A stretch of 64,000 nt of DNA from an uncultured Nitrososphaera sp. (GTDB lineage: Archaea; Thermoproteota; Nitrososphaeria; Nitrososphaerales; Nitrososphaeraceae): positions 77,918 to 141,917 of the forward strand of contig CAYXFY010000001.1 in the NCBI GenBank assembly GCA_964464395.1, given 5' to 3'. The notes under the pieces were generated by a model. The model was given only the letters and a program-made list of their open reading frames with translations, was not told the origin of the DNA and did no database searches. Below are positions 32,411-41,535 of the stretch, piece after piece. How positions within the stretch are numbered: position 1 is the stretch's first letter; each line of letters starts with the position of its first letter. Made by a program: the position numbers and the translations under genes.

Positions 32411-34680
32411 TACTCCCTTCCTCCCGGCGCGACTTTGACCATCCTGGACACGAGGAACTGGGCGGCCACGTTGATGCCCATGGTGAGTATGAACAGCGTC
32501 AGGCCCAGGCCTATGAGCGCCGACACATGGAACGGCGTCGCAGCCTCGTTGAACTCGTTTGCGATGATGCTGGAGAGAGTCTGGCTCGAGCTGAAAAGCG
32601 TGGTCGGTATGGCGGCTATGCCCACCGCGTTGCCTATGACCATCGTGACAAGTATGGTCTCGCCGACAGCGCGCCCAAGTCCTAGGATGGCCGCGCCCAG
32701 TATTCCGGCCTTGGCGTACGGGAACACAAAGTGCCACACGGCCTCAAGGCGCGTCGCGCCAAGGCTGTAGGCTGCCTCGCGCTGCGTGTGCGGGACGGCC
32801 TTGAGCACCTCCCTTGATATCGACGAGATTATGGGGATTATCATAATGGCAAGCACTATGCCGGCAGTCAGTATGTCAAGGCCAAAAGGCGCCCGGCCGA
32901 ATATGGACAGCGACTGGCCCAGGCTGTCGTAGAGCGGCTGCTCTATCAGGTCAAGCACCCAGAACCTGAACACAAAGAGCGCCCACAGGCCGTAGACTAT
33001 GCTCGGCACTGCAGCAAGGATCTCGACGATAAAGCCGACAGGCGTGCCTATCCTTGCCGGCGCTATTTCGGAGATGAACACCGCGATGCCGAGGCTTATG
33101 GGGACGCCTATGGCCATAGCTATGACAGCGCTTGCAAGCGTGCCCGTGATGTATGGAAGGGCGCCGTACGACTCGCGGCCTTCCACAGGGTTCCAGTCGG
33201 TGCCGTAAAAGAACTCGAGCCCCTCAAGCGAAAGCGCGAGCAGCGACCCCTCGCCCACGGAAAACGCGACGAGCGCAAGCATCAGAAGCGAGTAGCCGGC
33301 TGCAGCTATCACTATGAACCTGAACGCCCTGTCCCCGCCCGGCCTTCTGAGCAGCAGGTCGGAGGAGACCTTCTCCCTGTTGTTCCGGCCCTCTGTGCGC
33401 GTTTCTTTCGCGCGACCTGCCCTGCGGCGCCAGTACAGCCAGTAGAAAACAGCTCCCGCGCCGGCCGCCACCACAACAGCTGCTATCTCGGCCCCGATGG
33501 CTGATTGGTCGGCGACGGCGTCCTGCCCCGGCGCAAGCAGCGGCTCGCCCTGGTACGTGAGCGAGCCGAGCGTCTCCTCGTTGAGCCGGACCACAGGTTC
33601 TGGCAGCGGGATGTAGCCGAGCGCGGGTGCAAACCTCTGTCCGTCCGTCACCGCCCACCGCACGAACTCGGCTATCTCGACCGCCTTCTCCTTAGTGACG
33701 GTTGGGTTGGTGCCCATCTCCTTGTACAGCAACAAGTACGAGAAACTGGAAATAGGATACGAGTTTTCGCCGGGAGCGTCGGTCGTTGACACATGCTCCC
33801 AGGACTGGTCGCCTGCAGGGAGCGACCCTGTGGAGGCGGCGATGGCCGCGCTTATGGAATCAAATGACGGCTCGATAAAGTTACCCGCCCTGTTCTGCAG
33901 GTGCGCATATGTCATGCCAGTGGTCAGCGCGTACGACAGCTCGACATAGCCTATGGAGTACGACGTAGCCTTGATGGAGCTCGAGACTCCCTCGTTGCCG
34001 GGAGAGCCCACGCCGGCGGGCCACTGCACCGCCTTGCCCGTACCGACCTTGTCGTACCACTCCTGACTCACCTTCGAGAGGTAGTCCGTCCACACAAACG
34101 TGGTGCCTGAGCCGTCAGACCTGTGGACGACGACTATCTCCCTTGGCGGCAGGCGGATGCCATCATTCATTTCCTGTATGCGCGGGTCGTTCCACCTTGT
34201 TATCTTGCCAAGGAAAATGTCTGCAAGGACCGGCCCGGAAAGCTTCAGCCCGCTGTCCGGTACTTCGGGCATGTTGTACGAAACCACAATCGAGCCGATG
34301 GTCTCAGGGATGTGCACCGCGCCGGGGGCAGCCTCCCTTTCCGAGGCTGAAAGCGGCGCGTCGCTCGCCCCAAAGTCGACGGTCTTTTCTGTAAACTGCC
34401 TTATTCCTCCGCCGCTTCCTATCGACTGGTAGTTGAGGTTGACGTCCGGCCGGACATTCTGGTACTCGACCCGCCAGGTGTCTATCAGGGGAAACGGAAA
34501 AGTCGCGCCGGCGCCCGTGAGCTGGACCTGCGCCGATGCAGCATCCTGCACGGCGTATTCAAGCAACAGCGCGATCAGGGCCATTGCAAGTAATGGCGTA
34601 AGCCAACGCGTGCGCCTTGCCGGCCCAAAAGACTCCACGAGGCAAGTCGTGGCGCTATTGCTATTATAACTAACCCACAT
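32410..34680 (-). CDS. Fused phosphate-binding protein PstS and permease PstC
   Basis: Single 756-aa ORF. aa ~45-400 are PstS-like (GAGATFPFPLIDTW...). A TM linker follows, then a PstC-like six-TM permease with the EAAYSLGATR loop. Confidence 0.8.
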   Translation of the reverse strand: MWVSYNSNSATTCLVESFGPARRTRWLTPLLAMALIALLLEYAVQDAASAQVQLTGAGATFPFPLIDTWRVEYQNVRPDVNLNYQSIGSGGGIRQFTEKTVDFGASDAPLSASEREAAPGAVHIPETIGSIVVSYNMPEVPDSGLKLSGPVLADIFLGKITRWNDPRIQEMNDGIRLPPREIVVVHRSDGSGTTFVWTDYLSKVSQEWYDKVGTGKAVQWPAGVGSPGNEGVSSSIKATSYSIGYVELSYALTTGMTYAHLQNRAGNFIEPSFDSISAAIAASTGSLPAGDQSWEHVSTTDAPGENSYPISSFSYLLLYKEMGTNPTVTKEKAVEIAEFVRWAVTDGQRFAPALGYIPLPEPVVRLNEETLGSLTYQGEPLLAPGQDAVADQSAIGAEIAAVVVAAGAGAVFYWLYWRRRAGRAKETRTEGRNNREKVSSDLLLRRPGGDRAFRFIVIAAAGYSLLMLALVAFSVGEGSLLALSLEGLEFFYGTDWNPVEGRESYGALPYITGTLASAVIAMAIGVPISLGIAVFISEIAPARIGTPVGFIVEILAAVPSIVYGLWALFVFRFWVLDLIEQPLYDSLGQSLSIFGRAPFGLDILTAGIVLAIMIIPIISSISREVLKAVPHTQREAAYSLGATRLEAVWHFVFPYAKAGILGAAILGLGRAVGETILVTMVIGNAVGIAAIPTTLFSSSQTLSSIIANEFNEAATPFHVSALIGLGLTLFILTMGINVAAQFLVSRMVKVAPGGRE

Positions 34681-34691
34681 AATCCCCGTAT

Positions 34692-34703
34692 TCTATATAG
34701 AAC
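34692..34703 (-). promoter_or_regulatory. Palindromic TATA-like box upstream of pstSC (leaderless-type spacing)
   Basis: TTCTATATAGAA lies 12-23 nt upstream of the ATG at 34680. Confidence 0.45.
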
Positions 34704-34981
34704 GCCGCAGGTGTGTGCCTGAGCGGCGGTCTTGCTGCGGCTCATGAAAATTGTTTCACAAAAAAGCACAGACTTTCGTTGACGGTTGTAACCCCGGGAG
34801 CCGTTTTGGGATGAGCGGGGGAACTGCGGGCCGGGGCTGCCAACCTCAACTTTGCTCTCATGTTGTCCCGCAGGAGCAAAAAGGCTATCCAATATAGAAT
34901 AACTGAAAGCTGGTGGACCGGCGCGCTCTACGTGTTAGCTGTTGGCAATGGTTATCAGCAGATTTGCCGAAACAAGTGACG

Positions 34982-35209
34982 ATGCAGGCAAACGTAGTAA
35001 TTGTAAACCAAAAGCTTGCCAGCAAGAAATTCGCGCTGTGCGAGTCGTGCTTCTGGAGCGCGACCCTGCTTGCCGAGCGCGACATTTCGTGCCCGTCGTG
35101 TCCTCGCTCTAACGTTTCGCTCATCCCTCTTGCAAAGGACGAAGAGTACAGGCTGAAGGTCTCCCCTTCCGCGGGGCTCGAGCTGTCGTTTTCAAGGCCG
35201 AAGAGATAG
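34982..35209 (+). CDS. Small zinc-ribbon protein (75 aa)
   Basis: MQANVVIVNQKLASKKFALCESCFWS...CPSCPRS has two CxxC pairs. The ORF-track start at 34913 is less likely. Confidence 0.45.
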   Translation: MQANVVIVNQKLASKKFALCESCFWSATLLAERDISCPSCPRSNVSLIPLAKDEEYRLKVSPSAGLELSFSRPKR

Positions 35210-35249
35210 AATCTGCTTTTATTTTCATACCGGGTTCATATAGACAAGT

Positions 35250-35780
35250 TTGATATACGTGCCTCATGTACCGGCGCACGTGGATCTGTACGTCCTGCGC
35301 CACGGCGAGGCTGGCAAGAGGCTTGCCGCCGGCAGCAAGGATTCCGAGCGGGCGCTTACTGTAGCCGGCGCAAAGGAGGTAGAGGAGATCGCCGGCGCGC
35401 TGGCAAAACTCGGCGTCAAGCCAGGTATTGTAGCGACAAGCCCGCTTGCAAGGGCGCGCCAGACAGCTCTTATCGTTGCCAAGAAGTTGAGGATAAAAAA
35501 CAGGCTAGAAGATTGGGACGAGCTCAAGCCTGAAGGCAGCAGGGCGAAATTATACGAACGACTTGCGCGGTTCAAGCCCGACGCGTCGGTCATGGTAGTC
35601 GGGCACGAGCCGTACCTGAGCACGCTTGTGAGCGAGCTTGCGTTTGACGGCATTAGAGGCAGGGTAGCGATGAAGAAGGCAGGCCTTGCGCGAGTGGACG
35701 TCGTCTCGCTCAGGCCGAGGCCCAAAGGCGAGCTCCGTTGGCTCCTGACTCCCAAGGTGATGAAGAGGTTGGGATCATGA
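35250..35780 (+). CDS. sixA: SixA-type phosphohistidine phosphatase (histidine phosphatase superfamily)
   Basis: LYVLRHGEAG catalytic RHG motif and VGHEP motif. The true start is possibly a few codons downstream. Confidence 0.8.
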   Translation: MIYVPHVPAHVDLYVLRHGEAGKRLAAGSKDSERALTVAGAKEVEEIAGALAKLGVKPGIVATSPLARARQTALIVAKKLRIKNRLEDWDELKPEGSRAKLYERLARFKPDASVMVVGHEPYLSTLVSELAFDGIRGRVAMKKAGLARVDVVSLRPRPKGELRWLLTPKVMKRLGS

Positions 35781-37294
35781 AGGTATCGGTCATAGACCTT
35801 GGCTTCAACTCGGTCAAGATGGTCAACTACGACATCAGAAAGGACGGCAGCTATCTCGCATACCAGCAGGAAGGGGTCAAGGTCAAGCTGGGCGAGGGAT
35901 TGACGAAAGCCGGTTACCTGGCAGGCGAGCCTGTCGAGCGAACGATTGAAGCGCTAAAGCTGTTCCGCGACGTCATCGGCTTTGACTCCATCAGGCACGT
36001 CCTGCCGGTTGCGACAAGCGCTGTGCGCGACGCCGCAAACAGGGCCGACTTTTTGAAGCTTGTCCGGGACCAGACGGGTTTCCAGTTCAAGGTCCTGACG
36101 GGGCAGGAAGAGGCGTTCTATTCCTACGTGGGCGCGCTCCAGTCTACTTGCGTGCCGACGTCCCTCTTTTTCGACTTGGGTGGCGGATCGCTTGAGATGG
36201 TATACACGGAGAACTACTCGATAAAGAAGGTGAGGTCGTACCCGCTGGGCTCTCTCAGGCTCTCGCAAAGGTACGGCGACGGCGGCGTGTTTTCCAAGAA
36301 AGCCTACGGCAAGATGGAGGACCACATACAGGACGTGCTCCCCGAGCGCAAGGAGCTTGGCATGAGCGTGGACACGACGCTTGTAGGCGTCGGCGGGACC
36401 CTGCGCGCAATCGCCCGCTACGAGCAGGAGCTGTCCGACTATGAGCTTGACAAGATACACAACTACAGGCTCGACTATTCGTCTGTATCTGAAATAGCAA
36501 AGAGTCTGTACCGCATGGACGCCGACGAGCTTGCGGAGGCAAAGGCCATCGGAAGCAACAGGGTCGACACCATCGTCGCAGGTTCTACAGTAATTTCGTT
36601 GCTGATGCAAAAGCTTGGCTTTGACAAGGTGGTGGTGAGCGCCCGGGGACTTCGCGAGGGTATTCTGTCGGCTTTTCTGCGCGACGCCAAGATGTTTTAC
36701 AGCGGCACAATCGCTGCCGAGCGCGCAAAGGCGTACGTCACGTTTGCGTGCCAGGTGGAGCCCCTGCCGCAGTTTGCGTTCTCGCTTGTAAGGCCGCTGG
36801 TGGCATCAGGCCTCATGCGCGAAAAAGAGCGCGTCATTCTCAGCCACGCGCTCAAGCAGATGTCAGACCTGCCTGCGGTCACGAACCTGAGCAACCTGTT
36901 TCATTTGATAATAGACGAGGACAACGCGTTTTTGACGCACCGCGAGCAGCTGATACTTGCGCTAGCCATAGTCCACACGAAGAAGGAAAAGACGGTTGAC
37001 TGGCTGTTCTCGCGGTATCGCTCGATCTTGGAGCCGCAGAACATGCGCTCCATAGAAAAGATATCGGCTTGCATCGCGCTTTCCACGATACTAGAGCGAG
37101 CAAAGGCCATGGCCCGGCTTTCGATATCGGGCAAGAAGGTGGCAATCAAGATACTGCAGGGCAGGCAGCCGGTGCCAGCGATGCTGGTCGCCGACGCGCT
37201 CAGGAACTTCGAGCGCGCGTTCAACGTGGATGTAAGCTGCCAAGTCAACAACGCGCCCAAGGGGCAGGCTGCGTCTGTGAGGGTGATAGCATGA
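35777..37294 (+). CDS. ppx: Exopolyphosphatase / GppA-family phosphatase
   Basis: MKVSVIDLGFNSVKMV, DLGGGSLE and VGVGGTLRA are ASKHA-fold Ppx/GppA motifs. ATGA overlap with sixA. Confidence 0.88.
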   Translation: MKVSVIDLGFNSVKMVNYDIRKDGSYLAYQQEGVKVKLGEGLTKAGYLAGEPVERTIEALKLFRDVIGFDSIRHVLPVATSAVRDAANRADFLKLVRDQTGFQFKVLTGQEEAFYSYVGALQSTCVPTSLFFDLGGGSLEMVYTENYSIKKVRSYPLGSLRLSQRYGDGGVFSKKAYGKMEDHIQDVLPERKELGMSVDTTLVGVGGTLRAIARYEQELSDYELDKIHNYRLDYSSVSEIAKSLYRMDADELAEAKAIGSNRVDTIVAGSTVISLLMQKLGFDKVVVSARGLREGILSAFLRDAKMFYSGTIAAERAKAYVTFACQVEPLPQFAFSLVRPLVASGLMREKERVILSHALKQMSDLPAVTNLSNLFHLIIDEDNAFLTHREQLILALAIVHTKKEKTVDWLFSRYRSILEPQNMRSIEKISACIALSTILERAKAMARLSISGKKVAIKILQGRQPVPAMLVADALRNFERAFNVDVSCQVNNAPKGQAASVRVIA

Positions 37295-37974
37295 AAAAGA
37301 TAGAGGGCAAACTGATAATCGTCGAAGGCGTTGACGGCTCGGGCAAGTCGACGCAGATACGGCTTCTTGAAAAGTGGCTAAAGTACGCCGGCGTTCCGGT
37401 GTATTTCACCGAGTGGAACTCGTCAGAGACCGTCAAGGAGATAACGTCAAAGGGCAAGAAGAAGGGGCTGCTGACGCCCATAACGTTCAGCCTGCTGCAT
37501 GCAACCGACTTTGCCGACCGCTATGAAAGACACATACTGCCACTCTTGCGCGCCGGTTATGTTGTCCTTGCAGACAGATACATCTACACGGCGTTTGCCC
37601 GCGACGTGGTTCGCGGCTGCCACCCGCGGTGGGTGCGCCAGATGTACGATTTTGCAGTCAAGCCGGACATCGCCTTCTATTTCCGCGTCCCGGTGGACAT
37701 TGCGTTTGACAGGATAGTCAAGAACAGGCCGAAGCTGAAGTATTACGAGGCGGGCATGGACCTGAACCTGAGCAACGACCCGTACGAAAGTTACCGTATA
37801 TTCCAGGGCAGGATAGTCGAACAGTACGAGTCGATGATAGGCCCGGAGAATTTCGCGGTCATCGACGGCACGACAGACATCGAGGAGCAGCAGCGCCAGG
37901 TGAGGCAGAAGGTGCTTGAGACCCTGCCGAAATCGATGTTCAAGAACCTGCAGAAGGAGGTCGCGGCAAAGTGA
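37291..37974 (+). CDS. Thymidylate-kinase-like P-loop kinase, paralog 1 (canonical P-loop)
   Basis: 227 aa. IIVEGVDGSGKSTQ and LADRYIYT motifs. ATGA overlap with ppx. Confidence 0.8.
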   Translation: MKKIEGKLIIVEGVDGSGKSTQIRLLEKWLKYAGVPVYFTEWNSSETVKEITSKGKKKGLLTPITFSLLHATDFADRYERHILPLLRAGYVVLADRYIYTAFARDVVRGCHPRWVRQMYDFAVKPDIAFYFRVPVDIAFDRIVKNRPKLKYYEAGMDLNLSNDPYESYRIFQGRIVEQYESMIGPENFAVIDGTTDIEEQQRQVRQKVLETLPKSMFKNLQKEVAAK

Positions 37975-38690
37975 GGCGCAAGGCGGCTCCCCAGGTCAGG
38001 ACGCTTGCGTTCTACGGCCACGGCATACCCTACGTCGACGACAGCGAGATAAAGGGCCGGCTGATAGTCATTGAAGGTCCAGACGCGTCTGGAAGGAGCA
38101 CGCAGATAGCCATGATAACAGCGCACCTGGAAGCCGCGGGCCACGCGGTCCTGAACGTCGGGTTGAAGAGGTCGGAGCTTATAAGCCAGGGCATCTTGGA
38201 GGCCAAGCGCAACTTTGCCGGCCGCAAGACGCTCAGCCTCTTTTACGCGGCAGACTTTGCAGACCAGCTCGAAAACAAGATAATCCCGGCGCTGCGCGCC
38301 GGCTATGTTGTCCTTGCCGACAGGTACATCTACACGCTGATGGCAAGGGAGGCTGTCAGGGGAATAAGCAGGCGCTGGTCGCACAACCTGTTCAGCTTTG
38401 CGCTGGTGCCGGACCTAGTCTTCTACCTTGATGTCGAGCCGGAAGAGCTGGTGCACAGGGTGTTCCAGAAAAACGCGTATCTCGACTACTACGAGTCGGG
38501 CGCCGACATGGGGCTCTCCGGCGACATGTTCGAGTCGTTTCTGATATACCAGAGGATGATGGCAAGAGAGTTCCGCAGGATGAAGAAGCGCTACAGCCTC
38601 GTGATAATCGACGGCAACAGGCCCGTCCCGGAGATAAACGCCGACCTGCAGAAGCGCATAGACTCGTTCCTTGCGTCGGTCCGGGGTTGA
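37971..38690 (+). CDS. Thymidylate-kinase-like protein, paralog 2 (P-loop lysine replaced by arginine)
   Basis: 239 aa. IVIEGPDASGRSTQ and LADRYIYT. GTGA overlap with paralog 1. Confidence 0.8.
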   Translation: MRRKAAPQVRTLAFYGHGIPYVDDSEIKGRLIVIEGPDASGRSTQIAMITAHLEAAGHAVLNVGLKRSELISQGILEAKRNFAGRKTLSLFYAADFADQLENKIIPALRAGYVVLADRYIYTLMAREAVRGISRRWSHNLFSFALVPDLVFYLDVEPEELVHRVFQKNAYLDYYESGADMGLSGDMFESFLIYQRMMAREFRRMKKRYSLVIIDGNRPVPEINADLQKRIDSFLASVRG

Positions 38691-39484
38691 AGATGGGCGC
38701 AGGCGCGCTTTTTGCCAGAAGCTTTGGAAAAAGCGCCCAGCGGGTAAAAGCGCGCCTAGCAGCGTATGTGGCAGAACCGGAAAACGAGGAAAACGTGCAC
38801 GACGTCAGGACCTCGCTCAGGCGCCTCGAGGCGTCGTTTTTGTTGATGCCCAAGAAGCTTCGCAAGCGCAACCGCCGGCAGATAGACGCGCACAAGCAGT
38901 TCTTCAGGGCAAACAGCCGGGTGCGCGACTACGACATCATACGCGGCAGGATTGCAGCACGAGCGCAGGGCGACCTCCTGGCGCAGCTTGCCGCAGACCT
39001 TGACAAAAAGAGAAAAACAGAAGCCGAAAGAGCGGCAGGCGACGCGCGGCTTGTCTCCGGCCTGCCGCCTGCAACCCTGAAGGGGCTCGAAGACGGCGAG
39101 CTTGAAAGCCGCATGGGCAAGGTGGCAGGCAGGCTGCTTGGCAAGGTGGAGGAGGGGCTCCCGGTCGTGGTCAAAGACAGGCGCAACGTCGAGGAGCTGC
39201 ACCAGTTGCGCAAGGACCTGAAAAAGCTGCGATACGTCCTAGAAGTGATGCCTGCCGGCGTCAAAAAGCAGTACGAGAAAAAGGCGTTAAAGATGTTGAG
39301 GGGCAAAAAGGCGGAGGACAGGCTCAAGGAGCTGCAGGACGCGCTTGGGGCCATACACGACATCGACGTAACCGTGCAGTACCTGGAGTCACTCCGGATA
39401 AAGGCCGCGGCGCCTCTGATAAGGGCTGAAAAGGCTGAGAGGGACGGGCTTTTCACGAAATTTGCAAAAGATTTCACGACCTGA
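38687..39484 (+). CDS. CHAD-domain protein (polyphosphate-binding helical domain)
   Basis: 265 aa. VHDVRTSLRRLEA and LHQLRKDLKKLRYVLEV are conserved-histidine helix motifs. Overlaps the upstream stop. Confidence 0.8.
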   Translation: MKMGAGALFARSFGKSAQRVKARLAAYVAEPENEENVHDVRTSLRRLEASFLLMPKKLRKRNRRQIDAHKQFFRANSRVRDYDIIRGRIAARAQGDLLAQLAADLDKKRKTEAERAAGDARLVSGLPPATLKGLEDGELESRMGKVAGRLLGKVEEGLPVVVKDRRNVEELHQLRKDLKKLRYVLEVMPAGVKKQYEKKALKMLRGKKAEDRLKELQDALGAIHDIDVTVQYLESLRIKAAAPLIRAEKAERDGLFTKFAKDFTT

Positions 39485-39605
39485 CGTGGCACCTGTGCGA
39501 CGAGTCAGAAACAGTAGAGCACCTAGCGCATCCGCGAAAAAGCAGGCCGCCGCAGACCCTGCACATCGACGCGACGGGGAGCTCGGCGCCGCAGCTTCGG
39601 CACAT
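39474..39605 (-). CDS. Possible small zinc-ribbon protein (43 aa), not in the ORF track
   Basis: MCRSCGAELPVASMCRVCGGLLFRGCARCSTVSDSSHRCHVRS. Overlaps the CHAD gene end by 11 nt. It could be a GC-rich chance ORF. Confidence 0.25.
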   Translation of the reverse strand: MCRSCGAELPVASMCRVCGGLLFRGCARCSTVSDSSHRCHVRS

Positions 39606-39854
39606 GCTGTCGGGCACGGAAAGACTCGCCGGTTTTGATATTTCATGCTTGCCTACGCCGGCTACATAGATCTACCGCCGCTACGCTGGTTCCTGTATTT
39701 TACATAGGATAGGCTTTTTTCCTGCGGGCGCAGAGTCAGGCTGCCTGTTGTCTAGGTTGACTGGAAACTCCGACAGCCGAACATGCACACAATCCGTGAC
39801 GCTTCGGAGCCACACCATCAACCTCCTTTGAACCAATATTTTCTATAGCCACAC

Positions 39855-40391
39855 GTGTTCTCGGTTGAATATGCACATATACTGACGGCCGCATACAGTA
39901 ACTACGTGACGCGGCAGCACGCCTTGGTCATAGACGCTGACGCCTCGCCTTCCGGCTATATTGCTTGGTACAACCACCACACCGAGAGCAGCAGGATATT
40001 GTCCGTCCGGCCCGCATCCAAAAACGAGCGCTTTGGGGTGCAGAGGATGGAGATGCTTGCAATCTACTTTGCCCTGAGGGACAACCTTGCGCAGATATGC
40101 AGGACGCTAAAGCACGCAAAGCGCCTCGTGATTGAGATTCGCAGCGACTCAAAATCGACAGTCGAGCAGCTGCGCGGGGCAGCAGAAATCCGCGATGCCG
40201 TCATGAAGCGCATAGTGTCTGTCATAGGCAAGCTTTTGGCAAAGATCGGCTGCACGACCATAGTGTTCGACCACCTTGAAAGGTCGCGCAACATCGCCGG
40301 CCTGATGCTCGAACAGCGCAGGAGAAAAGAGCGTGAAAGAGAAATGGAAATGTCGGGCTTGTACGCGTTTGCGCCGCTACCGCTTGCCTGA
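39855..40391 (+). CDS. RNase H-like (RNase HI / RVT_3-type) domain protein
   Basis: 178 aa, GTG start. The spacing of LVIDADAS, MEMLAIYFAL and IRSDSKSTVEQL resembles the RNase HI acidic residues. Basic C-terminal tail. Confidence 0.55.
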   Translation: MFSVEYAHILTAAYSNYVTRQHALVIDADASPSGYIAWYNHHTESSRILSVRPASKNERFGVQRMEMLAIYFALRDNLAQICRTLKHAKRLVIEIRSDSKSTVEQLRGAAEIRDAVMKRIVSVIGKLLAKIGCTTIVFDHLERSRNIAGLMLEQRRRKEREREMEMSGLYAFAPLPLA

Positions 40392-40748
40392 CCACTTGCG
40401 CATCCACTCAAGCAGGTTAAGGACCGACTCGACAAGCTCCTGGCCCTTTGGAGTAAGCCGGTATTCCACGCGGGGCGGAATCTCGTTGTACGCTTGCCTG
40501 TTCAGTATGCCCAGCTTTTCAAGCTCCTTTAGCCGGCTTGCAAGCGTCTTGCTCGATACGCCTTTTATCGTGCCCCGAAACTGTTTATAGCGAACAGGCT
40601 CGATCGTGCAGCAGAGCGGTATGAGTATCTCAAGTGTCCCGCGCTTTGTGATTATCTTCCTCAGTTTGGCGGTCTCGGCCATGAGCGACGACGCGTCGTA
40701 GCCGGAAAATCCACAACCCGGCGCCATCGGGAGCTTGGTTTCCACCAT
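40377..40748 (-). CDS. HxlR-family winged-helix transcription regulator
   Basis: 123 aa. RYKQFRGTIKGVSSKTLASRLKELEKLGILNRQAYNEIPPRVEYRLTPKG. Confidence 0.85.
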   Translation of the reverse strand: MVETKLPMAPGCGFSGYDASSLMAETAKLRKIITKRGTLEILIPLCCTIEPVRYKQFRGTIKGVSSKTLASRLKELEKLGILNRQAYNEIPPRVEYRLTPKGQELVESVLNLLEWMRKWSGKR

Positions 40749-40809
40749 TACACCAACTGCAACAGTTTATCCTTGACAGCTTAAATAGTTTCCTCAGTAA
40801 ACCATAGGC

Positions 40810-41535
40810 ATGCAGATCAAGGAGAAAATAAAGGAAAAATATGGTCGCGTCGCGGTCCTCAACGAGTCGTGCTGTGCACCCGGCGACTGTGGCTGCGGGA
40901 CGCCTGCTCAGGCGGCAGAGATGGTCGGGTACGACAAGAATGACCTTGCAAGCGTGCCTGAGGGCTCGGTGCTTGGGGCGGGCTGCGGCGCCCCGCTCAA
41001 CTTTGCAGGGCTGAAGGAAGGTGAGACCGTCGTCGACTTGGGTTCCGGTGCCGGCATTGACGTGTTCTTGTCGTCAAAGAGAGTGGGCAAGGCTGGAAGG
41101 GCGATAGGCATAGACATGACCGATGAGATGCTTGAAAAGGCAAGAAAGAACGCGGCCGGCTATAACAACGTCGAGTTCAGGAAAGGCGACATAGAAGAGC
41201 GCATACCGGTTGACGACGGTGTTGTGGATGTTGTAATCAGCAACTGCGTCATCAATCTGACTACAGACAAGGCGCGCGCGTTTTCACAAGTTTACAGGAT
41301 ATTGAAGCCCGGCGGCAGGATGGTCATATCCGACCTTGTGACAGACAGGGAAACGCAGCGCATCGACGCGGACAAGTGGTGCGGTTGTATAGACGGCGCG
41401 CAGACGCTTGAAAATTATATTGCTAGCATCAAGAAGGCTGGCTTTGCCGACGTGAGTGTGCTTCAGGAGCAGCCGTACATGGAAGAAGGCGACGGAAGAA
41501 AGATAACAAGCGTGGTTGTGAGAGCCGTGAAATGA
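40810..41535 (+). CDS. arsM: Arsenite S-adenosylmethionine methyltransferase
   Basis: 241 aa. N-terminal Cys cluster CCAPGDCGCG and SAM motif VVDLGSGAGIDV. Confidence 0.85.
   Translation: MQIKEKIKEKYGRVAVLNESCCAPGDCGCGTPAQAAEMVGYDKNDLASVPEGSVLGAGCGAPLNFAGLKEGETVVDLGSGAGIDVFLSSKRVGKAGRAIGIDMTDEMLEKARKNAAGYNNVEFRKGDIEERIPVDDGVVDVVISNCVINLTTDKARAFSQVYRILKPGGRMVISDLVTDRETQRIDADKWCGCIDGAQTLENYIASIKKAGFADVSVLQEQPYMEEGDGRKITSVVVRAVK

Noticed and set aside
32411-32737. The N-terminal 109-aa extension of the pstA ORF (the track starts it at 32737).
   Set aside because: The extension is His/Arg-rich and lies inside the pstSC coding region. An ATG at 32408-32410 overlaps the upstream stop (TAATG) and begins a normal PstA N-terminus.
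34710-34880. A possible structured RNA in the long pstSC upstream region (CTGCGGG...CCCGCAG stem).
   Set aside because: It is a single 7-bp stem with a ~37-nt loop. There is no second copy or conservation evidence available, and it is indistinguishable from chance pairing in GC-rich sequence.
35738-37290. Upstream starts offered by the ORF track for ppx (35738) and the first Tmk-like gene (37069).
   Set aside because: Internal ATGs at 35777 and 37291 give canonical N-termini (MKVSVIDLGFNS, MKKIEGKLIIVEG) and ATGA overlaps with the preceding stops. The extensions overlap upstream genes in another frame.
39389-39646. An 85-aa minus-strand ORF at the CHAD gene 3' end.
   Set aside because: It overlaps CHAD by ~95 nt and has no motif. 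A shorter zinc-ribbon reading in a different frame (39474-39605) is listed separately at low confidence.
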